Below, piece after piece: positions 1 to 12,007 of a DNA stretch of 64,000 bases (its first letter is position 1; every line of letters begins with the position of its first letter). The position numbers and the translations under genes were made by a program. Origin of the DNA: Amoebophrya sp. A120 (lineage: Eukaryota > Protista > Dinoflagellata); the NCBI GenBank assembly GCA_905178155.1, contig CAJINV010000015.1, positions 62,001 to 126,000 of the forward strand, written 5' to 3'. The notes beneath the pieces are model-generated. The model saw nothing but the letters and a program-made list of their open reading frames with translations. It ran no database searches and was not told where the DNA came from.

Positions 1-1894
1 GCGCCTTCTCCTTCTGTGCCACGCATTAATGGGCACATCCCCACGTCGCAGGCATGGCACGTGACGCCGCCCCGGCCGCCAGCCCGCGCGCCCTGGCCGG
101 GCCTGCCGCAAGCTATGGCCCAAAGCGCGCCACAGGCTGCGGGGGCTTGGTCGCCAATGATTCAACGCTGCATGTGCGCGGGCTCGCGGGGGCGCGGGCG
201 CAGGCGAACCAACGGCGGCGCGCGACACCGACACGCCGGCCCAACGAACAAAGAGCCACGCCGGCAGCTTGTCGGGCGCGGGCCCTCCGTCCGCGCGCGT
301 GCGCGGGGCGGGCCAACTTGAGATAGAGGCGGGCCCCCGCCGGCCCGCCCGGCCCAACCAATTGGCAAAGAAAACAAAACCAACAAAACCAACGCGCCGG
401 CCGCCCAAGTAGAATCTCCTTGACGGCGTCAGCGAGTTGCGCCGTTGCGTTCGCCCACGCGCGCCGGCGCGACCCTACCCCGAGGGGCGGCCCGGGATTC
501 CGGGTCCGTTGTTGGCGACCTGATACCCGGGCGCCGCTGGCCCCCCATGCCCCGGCAATGCCGGCGGCTACTTGGGGCCGGCGAACGGGGCCGCGGCACG
601 CAATCAAACAAAGGGGCAACACGCGGCCCCAGGCCCCCGCCGCCTGCTGTTTCTCCTACAGCATTCCGCTGCCGGCCGGCGCGCGGCGTTTCCTTCGCTT
701 CGCCAAGGCGGCTCGTGGGTAGCTGGGCGAACACTATGGCCCCGGCCAAGGACGAGCAGGGCACCGCCTCGCCCCCCCTTCCGTGCGGCCGGGAACCGCC
801 TGCCGGCACATGCGCAGCCGCCCCGCCACCTTCCAGCCCAAAAGGACTGAGGGCGGGGCTGCCTGCTCGGCAGGTTAAGCTGGCCCCAAATTTTCGAGCG
901 AAAGAGCTTCTTCTCGGTGGGGATTTCAAAAACGCTGCGACGCAACGGACCTGTCGCCGAACATCCTTAGAACACGGGGAGCTGTTTCCAATACTCATGT
1001 AGCTCCGTCTATATGAAGACTTTTGGAACTACGCAACTTGTCCAAAAATTTGCCAAATTGTTTTCGCGTTTTGCTAGGTTCGGAAATGAACGCTACCGGT
1101 ATTGTACAACATTTTCTGGCGAGCATTTGCACATTGGCTTCGCATTCCGCTATCTATCGCGAAAGTGCGGACCTCTGGTGTCTTGCGTTGATCAATTTCA
1201 ATAACTATTGGATTGCGATGCGGCATCGCGTCTTCGTCAATATCATACCTTCGTCAGATTTTCATCTCAGGTGGTTCGCTAATTGCGCCCATAAACTACA
1301 CAAACGGAAACCAGATGAAACATAGCACATAGATGTAATATAATTGAATGTCCTCAGAAGAATAATGAACATGAAAATTCCAATGCTGTTCTTTGATCAT
1401 GAATATGGAAAGTTTTTCTATATACAGGAAATCGTAGTCCTCGTACTGAGTTCCGAGCGACAAGTCAACACGATGACACAACAATTTCCACCCGAATGGC
1501 GGTTGCGCTCTGATGAATGCGCGTCGATATCAAAAGAGTAAAAGAGAATAAGCCGCACTCTCGCGGATCTGTAGGTAGTAGGTAGACTGTAAAAATGAAG
1601 AGGAAGTCAGCTTTTCTATATGGTACATGGATATCTGACGTTTTTGCGGAACAACAATTTGTAGATAGAAACGAAACGAAGTTTCGCGAATTCTTTCTGA
1701 AAAATGCAGCTGTAGTGGTGAAGAATCGTACAAGAAATTATGCAGTTGGTGAAAGCAAGTGCGTTCGGAATTTCCGACATCTAGCCCATGAAGATTGATG
1801 AAGGTCTAGAGCAGCCCTAAGTCAAAGTGTATTTTTATCTTTCTTTTCCACTTCTTCCCGTCGTCAAGTTCTCCTTTGCTAACTCCACCTCCCC

Positions 1895-2959
1895 TCACGC
1901 CTGACGAAAGCGTGCGTTGAAGATCTGGTCAAACAAGTCTTCGATTGTAGTAACCTCACTCCCAATAACCACGCTGTCAACATCCGCGTCACCGCTAACC
2001 AACCTCTGCTGATTCTCGATGCCCTGGCGAACAATGCCGACCTCGTTCACCAAAAAATCCAAACTTCCGAACCAAGAGCACGCACCACTGTTTGTAGAGG
2101 ATGTTCCTGCCGGAGAAGATGTTGAACTGGAGGTCATTACACCCGACACGGCTACCTGGTTCATCTGCACTGCTTTCAGCAAATATTCGGTAGCAAAAGC
2201 AATCGGAATCTCGTTTGTGGAGGTGTAGTCCTGGTTGGCTTGCCTGGTGTAGTGCTGGAAGATTTTCCACAGCTCTTGCAGCGCGTTTTCCACCCCGATG
2301 CGGAGGAGCTCGGTCAGGAACCTGGAATGTTCAGGTTGTCATGCAGAGTTTCATTAGTTTCATGTCAATAGATGTTGAGAAACTTCCATTTTTTGTCATG
2401 CAACAGGCAACAGAAAATAAAACCACAACTCAATACGGTGTGTATGCCACCAAGTCTCCGTTTGCCCGGCCGCCGTAATACTCCAAGCAGACCTTTTATC
2501 CAAGGAAAGAAGTGTTACAGTTACACATTTGTAATGTAATTCCAGCATCACAAAGTTGCTCTGCATAGCAAAGAAAACTTGTAATGCGCAGACTACAAGG
2601 GAAAACACGCGTACAATGAGGCCGGCAAGCATTTCCTGCATGACAGAGGTTGCTCGTCTTGCTGGACATGCATCAGAGTGTGTAACTGCAACATTTTTTT
2701 CTCAGGATACCCTTTCCGCCTTCAACGCCAAAACCGAATCGAAGTGCAGCAAGTTGCTCAACACGTAGCCAATCACGTCCACCGAAACCCGCCCCTTATT
2801 CTCCTCGTCGTGTTGCTTGAAAAAGCTGTCTGCTTGCAGCAGTTGGGGCCCAATCTTCGGGTTGGAAGCGTGGAGAAAAAGCTCGAACAGGCAGTTTTGG
2901 TAGCTGGATTTCTGCTTGTGACTCTTCACCAGCTTGGTGATCACGTCTCTCGGGACCTG

Positions 2960-3000
<41 letters not shown>

Positions 3001-6000
3001 TGAGGGAGGTATTGAGGGCTTCTGCTGCGATCATGCACCATGACAAGAAGCTTCAACACCTGTCAGTGATCGAATGCAACAAGAAATCAATTTTTTTTCT
3101 TTTGTTTCGAAAAAGAGATGTTGAAGCCGCTTTAAGTCGCTTTGAATAAAATCACCTGGTTCACTATACCGTTGTTCCCTTTTCCGCATTCGTCGCAGAG
3201 CTCAACCAGGGATGCGACCGGATTTCTTCCCAAGACGGCGAGCCAAAGGCTAACAGCGCGTAGAAATCGAACGCGTATCATAAGGAAAAATCCCCCCTCC
3301 CCATACTGCAAAGGTATACTTTTTGAAATTTGTGACGCTGATTTGTGGCCACAAATCGCGTCTGTCTTGCAAGAAGGCAACTCCGCAGGCTCCGCCGCAT
3401 TGTGCAGGCGGTTTGTCCTGCTGTTGGACCTACAGCGCGGATATTTTTCATGCTAAGGGCCTAGGCCAAAACCTCTCTACTCACACTTAGTATGGGCCTG
3501 CAATGCTCTCCAGCAAGACAGCTCGGATTTGTGTACACAAATCCAGCATCAGAAATTTCGTTTCGATATGGGGAGGGGGGATTTTTCTTTTCGATAACGC
3601 GTGTGGCGAATACATGGACCAAGCCCACGTTGATGTAGTTCCTTGCCCACCGTCCGGATGATGGTCTATTACAATGAAAAATGGCCCCTCTCCATATCAA
3701 AACGGAAATCTGTGATGCAGATTTGTGGTCACAAATCAGCTTTGTGATTCTAGAAGGCAAAAGATGCGGACTGTAGTGCTGTCTAGCGTGGGAAAGGCTT
3801 GCAGCTCCAGGATGACAGGAGGCAACTGGAAGTGGGAAACAGCATGACAGATCACCTGCAATTTAGGCCGCAGCTTCGTCTCTTGGCCTTCTTGCAATAC
3901 AAATCGATTTGTGTACTCAAATACAGCATCACAAATTCGGGCATCTTCCGTTTCCGATATGGGGTGGGGGCTTTTTTCACTTTGATATGGTCTGATTGTT
4001 CACTAGACACCTCCTCGCCCGTCAATAACAGGCTCATCAGCGATGCAACGTCGTCAAAGTCGACGGAAGTAGCTCTCGATGCTGGTGAAAAGGACTCGCA
4101 GGTCGCAGGTTTACTACTGTACAGGGCATCTTCACTCGGCGTCAACCCCATCAAATACTCTAGGCCGTAGTTGACTAGCAAAATCTGCTTCCCGTTCCGG
4201 ACAAAAACATTGTCCACCGTGATTTTCCCGTGGGGCAGGTTGAAGGAATCATTCCTCACGTAGTCCAGCGTCTTCAAGATTTTGTCAATAATCCGGTACA
4301 CCGATTCTTCTTTAATTGTGCCCCCCGACTGAAACACCTTGGCCAGGTTTTCCAGCAGCGGTTCTGAGATGGAAGCGGAGGAGGATTGTTGGTTTTGCGA
4401 CGGGTGACTCGTCGTTTTCATGGTAGAAGAGGAACTGCTACCGTAATTCCCATTTCCGTAGTTTTCGTACACAAGGTAAAAATACTGGTAGTCCTCGAAA
4501 AAGTCCAACACCTGCACTAAATTCGGATGCTTCACGAAATTCGCGACAATGCTCATCTCCGCCCGAACCTGATCCCACGGCTTCTCCGCGGTTTTCAGAT
4601 TTTTGTTGATCCGCTTGCACCTCCGCTTCATCCGCAGGAACCGATTCGTGTTGCTGACGTAGCCCTTTTATGCATTGCAAAAGTATCGTATTCGTATAAA
4701 TACAATACAAGTTTCTGCAGCATGAGAAATAAAATTTGTAATGCAGATTTGGCTTAAGAAAGGGATTTGTAATGCATGATTGTAATACGAATACGATACT
4801 TTTGCACAGGATACCTTTTCGTAGCACTTGAAGTCCACCGACAATTCGTCTCTTGCTATCTATTACAGTGAAAAGTGCCCCCCACCCCTCAAATGGCAAA
4901 AATTTGTGATGCGAAGTTTCCAAATGAAACCCTTTTGTCATGCATGAAAGGAGTATGAATCTTTCTGATGCAGAGTCTAGTCGTGTATCGCATCGCTTGC
5001 ATGACAAGCGCCGCTCTTGCTGGGGTCTTTTGCAATACAAATTTTCGCTATTCACGATTGGAAACCTGTGATGCTGATAGGTGCAAGAGGGCGAATGTTT
5101 CATTTGGAAAGGTTTGCAATACAAATGCTTTCAAGTTCGGGGGTGGGGGCATTTTTCATTCTGATACTATCAACTCGAACTTCTCGAAGAAATCGTGGAT
5201 ATTTCGGTTGTTTTTCCGTGCGGTTGGATCGTCACTTGATGCGTTATTTGCATCATCGTGGTCTTCCAACGTGGATAGAGGTGACCGCAGATGCGTCATT
5301 TCGTACGTTTGGAATTCCTCCTCTGGGCTCGTGTATCAAATGTAAAAATGTCTGGGTCTGGAAGAATGCGCGATTTGTCATGCAGGTTTTCCATGACCCA
5401 GGAGGTCTGGAATGCAGGACCTAGCATGACAGATTCTGTGCGATCTCTCTCATGCCTATCCTGCATGAGAAACTCCCTCCAGACTTGATCGAAGGTGGAC
5501 AGCTTTTGGCACTCATGCAACACAGATTTTTGCATGATTCGGATTTAGCATGACAAGTTGCAATCTTCCAGACCCAGACATTTTTGCAATCCATATCGTG
5601 TCGTAGCGTAGCTGCCGGAAGCACTTGCGTGTGAAGAATTCCAGCTCCGGGAGGGATTCTATTCGATGGTTTAACATTTTGGAAGAGGAAGTTGGCTTTG
5701 TTCGTTTGGGAGCAGCAGCTCCAAGGTAAGGATGCGTTTTATTTTTACTATTGCTCGAAGTCCACCCGTCATTGCTGTAATACCGCTCTAACACCAGCCC
5801 AGTGGCCTTCTCCGCCAGTATTCTCGGGAACTTCTTCGCCGATGAGAAAGTACTGCTGCTGGAAGAAGAATTCGATTGCTGGTGATATTCTTGTTGTGTC
5901 TCATAATCATTATTCCCGAACTTCGCCTTCGCTACTAAGTACAACAATTGGAAACAGTAGTTCCCAAAATGCTCGATCTTTTGCTCCGACTGCAAAAATT

Positions 6001-9000
6001 CGACCGCGTAATTTTGGAAAAAGTCCGGATGCTTGTTATGACCCGCTCAAATCGGTTACCATCTCAAACGTTACAATAGAATCTGGATTTTGTATTGCAT
6101 GATGAGCATGACAGACCCGCACAGCGTTTCACTTTCTGCAATACAAATTTCGCCAGATTCCAGTTCGGGTTGGAGCTCCAGAACTTGTCATGCGCAATCC
6201 TGTGGGAGTAGGGTAGATCATGCACTTCTTGCATGACAGATTTCCATATTCTATTGTAACCGATTTGAGTATTGTAACGGCTGAGCGGGTTATACTGGTG
6301 CGCAGCGGACCGCGTCAGACTGTTGATCGCGTTCGCATCCGGCTTATGCATTGCAAATATGTCTGGGTCTGGAAGAATTGGAACTTGTCATGCAATTTCT
6401 GGATCGTGCAAAAATCTGTGTTGCAGGATTAGCAAAAGCTGTCCACTCTTGACCAAGTTGAGAGGCAATTTCTCATGCAGGCGAGGCATGATAGAGGTCG
6501 CACAGAATCTGTCATGCTAGGTCATGTATGACAGACCTCGCGCCTCATGGAAAACCTGCATGACAAGTCTTGCAACCTTCCAGACCCAGACACTTTTGCA
6601 ATCCATACGGCTGGGGACCACCAGTCGTGCTGGTGGGAGTAGGCTGCCTATCGATCATCCCTGGTGGTGTCGTTCCGGAATTATAGGAGGCAGCTGCGAG
6701 GGGTTTACCATGCTTCGAACGTGATATGTTGTCCTGCTCCATTTCTTCAATGCGGCTGATTTCCTGGTCCAGCAACAAACTTCCAGTGGCCCCATCCACG
6801 ACGTGGTCTTCGTAGTACAGCGTCGGGGTGGCGACGGAGGTTTTGCTAGTCGCGGCATTGTTGTTCTGGGCAGCAGCAGCAGCTGCTGCTGCTACTACAC
6901 CATTTTGCTCCGCCGCATCGTGGATGTCCTGTAGTTCGCCGTGCGTGATCGCGTGCTGCAGCGCTTCGCTCTGGAAGTGAATTTTCTCCAGATCCCCCGC
7001 CATCGCCTTGGCCAGGGCCAAGTGCTCTTTACTGACCGCATGAGCTGTTCCTCGGGCCCTCCTCTTTCTCGGGATGGCCGGGTTGTTACTGTGAGGAGAC
7101 GTCGGTGACGGATTGTTGGACGTCGCCTGGTCTACTTCTGCGCCGGGTAGTGGTACTGCGGCTGGAGCAACATCCTGTGGCAGCTCCTTTGAAGACTGGC
7201 TTTGATGTCCCTTCGAATGACTGTCGTCGTCATCTTCACTGACCATTGCTGCCCGATCTTCGGCTTTCTTCTGGTTTTGTTGCTCTGCTCTCAGCTGTTG
7301 TAACTCAGCCTCTGCTTTGTCTAGCGCCGGCTCCAGGCTGGAAACCAGACTGTCAACAACCTCCGCGTGTTTCTGACTAACCCGATTGGTCGGTTGACCT
7401 TCCAACATCGCTTCCGACGCATGGCGGTACAGGACCTCGATTTGCTCAATATGTTCCGAAACCGCAACGATGTGTGAAAGCCGCTCGTGGTTTGGTTTTT
7501 TCGGCGGTGCGACGTCCTGCTCTTTTGGTGAAGCCTGTTCGGAGGTATATGATTTGATGGAGTTCTTGTAGAATTCTGTACCCATGAGCGCAAACATGAC
7601 AATATCACAAATCATGGCGTATAGTACAATCATAAGTAATCTTCAAAATAATCAAAAAACTCTTATCACAAAATCCTATATATAATACCAACTCGCCCTC
7701 GACTTTTTTGGTCTTCCTAGCCGGCATCACTGTTTTCACCGTCAAACTGCTCTGCAACAACGGTGGTGCCTCGAGAAACGGCGAGCTAACGGAACTTGCC
7801 TTGCTATCCGACTTCGATATCCGGAGTTCCACCGGCTCCAAAGCGATCGGCTGGTGCAACACCGGCACGGGTTCTTGTGTTTGCTGCTGCTGCTGCTGTG
7901 CCGGGGATGGCTGTGATTGGTTGTTTCTCGGATCAACATTGGGCGTTGGGAGAGAGCTATTCGGAGGCTGTGGCGCAACACCTCCTCCGTACTGGTACCC
8001 AAGAGCAGCTGCTGCAGGTCCTAGCACCGCTGCACACGCCCGTGGCGACGCCACCAGTGCGACTTTGGGCGAGGTCGGCAACAACCTCTTCGGCAGCGAC
8101 ACCGCATGATCTGTGCCCTGCGGTCGCGGCGACAAATTCACCAGTTTCGTGTTCCCGCCCTCTCGGAAATCCACGACACCGCGTAAATTCTTCAAACTGG
8201 ACTTATCCTGTGCAAAAGTATCGCACTCGTAGTAATTGCAGTCATGCATTACAAATTTTTTTCTTAAGGTAAATCCGCATGACAAATTTTATTTTTTTCT
8301 CATGCTGGGGAAATTTGTAATGCATTTATACGAGTATAGTACGATACTTTTGCAGTTCAAAGGACCGGAGATTCTGCAATTCCGGACTTCGGGACCGGTA
8401 GATCCTGTCGAGCTTCTCGTCGATGTTCTGCTTTAGCTGGTCGCTGGAAAGTGCGTTTCCCTGCCTGAGCCCCAGCGGCCGCACGAGCTCGCGGCCGCGG
8501 ATCGGAAATTGGTTACTATCCACCGGCGGACGGGCCGCGAGCGTGTTGGAGGAAAGCCACAGAGTTGGATCGACCGGGATCACGTTTTCGGGTTTCAGCT
8601 TCAAAACATTCGTCCTTTTCTGTTCGGTAGAAGTTGCAGCTGGGGGTAGAGGACCTTGGCTTGCTGTTGCTGCTGCTCCTGTTGCAGCAGCTCCAGTTCC
8701 TACTTGTTGTTCTGGAGATCCACGCGTCCCTATCGGCTCCTCACCGGGCGACACTGGCGGCTTCGCTTTCACAAACTGCTGGCCCGTTGTCCCGCTGTGC
8801 GCGGACGACCCTGCAGACCGATTAGAAGAGGGCTTCGATGTTGCCACTGGTTGTTCCATCTGCTGCTCTGGAGGAGCAACCGTAGTAGTGTTCGGTAGCT
8901 GCTGCAAACCAACCATAGGTTGCAAATTCGCCAGATTTACCGGGGTCAAAAATTGCGGCACTGGGATCGTGTAAGAAGTCTGCGGCGGTTGCGATTGTCC

Positions 9001-9636
9001 ACTCTGCTGCTGTTGCGGCACCATATTGGTTAACCCTCCCCGCATCGCTTCCAGTGAAATGGATCCCAATGGTACCGGCTGAACCTGAACCTGCGGGAGG
9101 ACACTGGCAGCTGCTGTCCCACTTGTTCCCGCTGCACCAGCAAGGTTATTAAAACCCTGCTGATTTATTGTAGTAGACGAAATCCCCTGCCCCGGCGGCG
9201 AGTGCGATCTCTGCTGACTCATTTGCAACAGGCTGGTTCTGGGAGGTGGCTCGAAAAGTTTCAAGAACCCATTCGGATCAAGACTCGCTTTTGACGACTT
9301 TTTGTCAACATCCATTTGCTCCAAGTCCTGGTCTAAATTCTGATCCAAATTCGATAGTGGGAAGATCTGCTGCGGCTGCAGAGATATTAAGCCGGCGTTT
9401 TGCGATGGTGCGAGAGCAGAAGTCGCGTTGGCTGTTGTATTATTTCCGCCGAAAACCAAACCCGCGATGTTCCGTGGTGAGTTGTTGATCATTTTGGTCC
9501 GCAGGCTGGAAATGCTTTGCGCGGCGGCCAGTTGGGCTCGGACCGGGCTGACGCCGGGACTGGAGGGCGGAGAGTGCTTCGGCTCGCTACCGGATTTTAG
9601 GAGTATGGAGGCAAGAAATGAGCTTGAGCTTTCCAT
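1895..9636 (-). CDS. Multi-exon CDPK/CAMK-like pseudokinase with a long low-complexity N-terminus and C-terminal EF-hand-like motifs (may extend 5' to 11389)
   Basis: Exons join in frame after removing each element plus 5 nt. Kinase motifs: VKHPNLVQVLDFFEDYQYFYLVYE, PHGKITVDNVFV (HRD lost), LVNYG (DFG lost), WSMYSPHAFDFYALL...WEEIRSHPWL. EF-like FKQHDEENKGRVSVDVI and VAYTPFLTELL. Junctions near 2950-3170 and 7620-7690 are less certain. Confidence 0.75.
2322..2436 (-). other. Canonical GT-AG intron
   Basis: CC|GTATTG...TTCCAG|G gives in-frame VAYTPFLTELL. Confidence 0.7.
2497..2709. mobile_element. TIR introner, family E
   Basis: TAT..ATA, ~30-bp TIR, flanks CCTTT/CCCTT. Confidence 0.85.
2961..2997. 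repeat. (TG)n microsatellite, probably intronic
   Basis: About 18 perfect TG units just before a CAG acceptor on the minus strand. Confidence 0.95.
3276..3596. mobile_element. TIR introner, family B
   Basis: TAT..ATA, TSD ACGCG. Confidence 0.9.
3667..3987. mobile_element. TIR introner, family B
   Basis: TAT..ATA, TSD TGGTC; close relative of 23127-23447 (inverted) and 53103-53430. Confidence 0.9.
4669..4813. mobile_element. TIR introner, family D
   Basis: TAT..ATA, TSD CCTTT. Confidence 0.9.
4861..5166. mobile_element. TIR introner, family B-like
   Basis: TAT..ATA, TSD CTATC. Confidence 0.88.
5334..5595. mobile_element. TIR introner, family A
   Basis: TAT..ATA, TSD TCGTG. Confidence 0.9.
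6037..6294. mobile_element. TIR introner, family G
   Basis: TATGACCCGCTCA..TGAGCGGGTTATA, flanks CTTGT/CTGGT. Confidence 0.85.
6345..6607. mobile_element. TIR introner, family A
   Basis: TAT..ATA, TSD CGGCT. Confidence 0.9.
8204..8361. mobile_element. TIR introner, family D
   Basis: TAT..AAA, flanks GGACT/GGACC. Confidence 0.85.
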
Positions 9637-9959
9637 GGAGCAAGTAGTTTGTAATGCACAATACTAAATCTAGATTTCGTATGGCATGCGTATCTTTTGC
9701 AAACAAGTTTAGTGGTCGCATGACAAATCCTGTTGAGTCGAAAACTACATCGTCTTGCATGGGGTAAAACTTCTGGATGGAGACATGGACATGTTGCGCA
9801 TGGACTCGCGGAGATGCTGTGGTAATTTGTGATGTTGGAAAAACTTCACGAGAAAGGAAATTTGTGTTGCAAAAACAGCTTCTGAAATAAATCTGACCGA
9901 CAAGGTAGAGCCGTATTAAAAACATTTGTCATCCAGATGAAACAACAAAATAGAAGTAC

Positions 9960-11389
9960 CCGCATATCCTTCCCTCGCCCAACGTCATCCGACCCTGGTC
10001 TCCTTCTCGACTTCGCCGTAAACGGCTTTTTCAGATTATGCAAGAAAAAGACTATGTGAGTGTAAGTCTGTGATGCAGAAATTGCAAAACTGTTACACTT
10101 GTCATGCTGGATGGGCGTCATAGGCTGCTATCATACGTGTTTCCACGTACTAGCTGCACATGGCAGGTTTTCCCTGTAATGCAAAGCGAATCCCTGTAAT
10201 GCAGTGCTGCTCTTCCAAAAAAGTTACACTTACACAGTTTTTTTTCTGGATACAGATCTTGCGCAGGGGTCGTCGTATCCTTGAACAAGGTTATTCCGAC
10301 CGTTGGCATTTGCGACGGAAGCATCTGTCCCTCCTTTATCAAAATAAAAAATCCCCCCACCCCATATCAAAATGGAAATCTGTGATGCGGGATTTGTGTA
10401 CACACATCGGCTCTGTGTTGCAGTAGAGGACTGCAGCCAGGCGCACAGCCTGAGGAGGGGCGTTTTGGTGTAGGCACCTAGCAAGGCAGGCACATCCTCT
10501 ATAGGCGATACAGCATTACAAATTGCGTGCACAACGCAGCGGAGTTTCTGGAGTTGCCTTCGTGCAATACAGAGACGATTTGTGGTCACAAATCAGCATC
10601 ACAAATTTTCAGGAGTATACCTTTTTAGTATGGGGAGGGGGGATTTTTCATTTTGATATCCTTCGACCCTTGTTTATTCGCGTTCAGTGCCTTGATCATG
10701 TCAATCTCTTTCGGCACAAACAACTCCAAACTGCTTAAACTCGGGGCCACATACTGCGGACTTTGCGGAAGGTACGGCGGGTCGCGGGTCGGCCGCCCGC
10801 GGTTTTTCAACAGCGTAGTGGTGTATTTTATAAGATCTGCTGGAAGCTGTTCGTCTTCTGTAGACGCGGATTTAATATTACCGGCTCCTGACCGCTGCTG
10901 CTGATTTGGATTTCCGCGATTTGCTGGTGGCTTCTTCTTCGAAAGTCCCACACGACCTCCGGGTCTGCTTCTCTGACTATTGCTACCGGTAGTCCTGGAG
11001 GAGCTTGTTGTTCCAGCAGGGCCTGCGATTGTTCGTGGTCTAGTAAAGGAAGAACTACTGCTCGACGTTGGTCCGCCCCCCGGCGCCGCAGTTGCAGTTC
11101 TCTTTGCAGTTCTGATTGTTGCAGAGGAAACAACCGGCTGGCTCGTCGCGACGCCGCGCGCGGAGGAACCCGGAGATGTTCTAGCAGCCCCACCCCGTCC
11201 CGGCCTTGTGGAAGTTGGCATTGCGCCCGTCGTGGCCGCACTGGTTTTAATCCGGTCCGATTTCAGCTGCGGAGTCGCACGGCCGGCAACCGCCGAAGCG
11301 CCGGTGGGGCTCAGTCGACGTTGTGCCGCACTGGACAACATGGTGCCGGGTGGTTTGGCACCACTTGTGGGGATAATACGTTTGGACAT
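9960..11389 (-). CDS. Ser/Thr/Arg-rich exons, either the 5' part of the pseudokinase gene or a separate hypothetical gene
   Basis: ATG at 11389 (MSKRIIPTSG...). Frame is kept across elements 10337-10658 and 10037-10252. The link to the ORF starting at 9636 is unresolved. Confidence 0.5.
10037..10252. mobile_element. TIR introner, family E
   Basis: TAT..ATA, TSD CAGAT. Confidence 0.88.
10337..10658. mobile_element. TIR introner, family B
   Basis: TAT..ATA, TSD TCCTT. Confidence 0.9.
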
Positions 11390-12007
11390 GGTAATTCTCG
11401 GTCCAAACAATAAACAAGTCTAGTCCTGCTCTCCCCGTCCTAAAATGCGAAGATGCGGTCAATCTTCATCAGGTCGTGACCTGCCCTCGATGCATGGCTA
11501 ACAAACAATCGTATAGACACAGCAGGAGCAAGTACGATTCCCCACAATACTTACGACGACAAACAGACCCCCACACCGACACAGAAGCGTCAACGACAGT
11601 ACACGACCCCACTTTAATAAGTACTGCTTGTGCATTGTTCTCCTTCGCAGGTCTGTCGACCGAGGCTTGATCTTTTCAACTGTTTAACCGACTCAGTCGC
11701 AATTTGAAACAAAATACCCTGCCCTAAAACAAGTAGACACACTTAGAGAAAAAGAGATTTGACCGATTCGCGCTACAAGATTTGTTCACCTATTTCCTGA
11801 CGACGCCCACTATTTACCAATGTAATTTTCTGTTATGTGTGCGTGTGTCACATCAACACCTCATCTGCTGATCGACATTCAAATCGATTTCTAATGCTTT
11901 CTTCACTGGATAGTGGCATTTTATCCTGTGTGTCGCTTTTGTCGAAGATGTTCGTCGTTGTTTTATACCAGCGGTTGAGTTCTTCAATATCCACCACCTC
12001 CAAACCG

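Noticed and set aside
1-1002. Overlapping ORFs in a very GC-rich block
   Set aside because: Ala/Arg/Gly/Pro-rich frames on both strands are expected from GC content alone. No motif was recognised, and the block is cut by the window edge.
2702-3149. ORFs with poly-HT or poly-CV tracts
   Set aside because: Translations of the (TG)n microsatellite.
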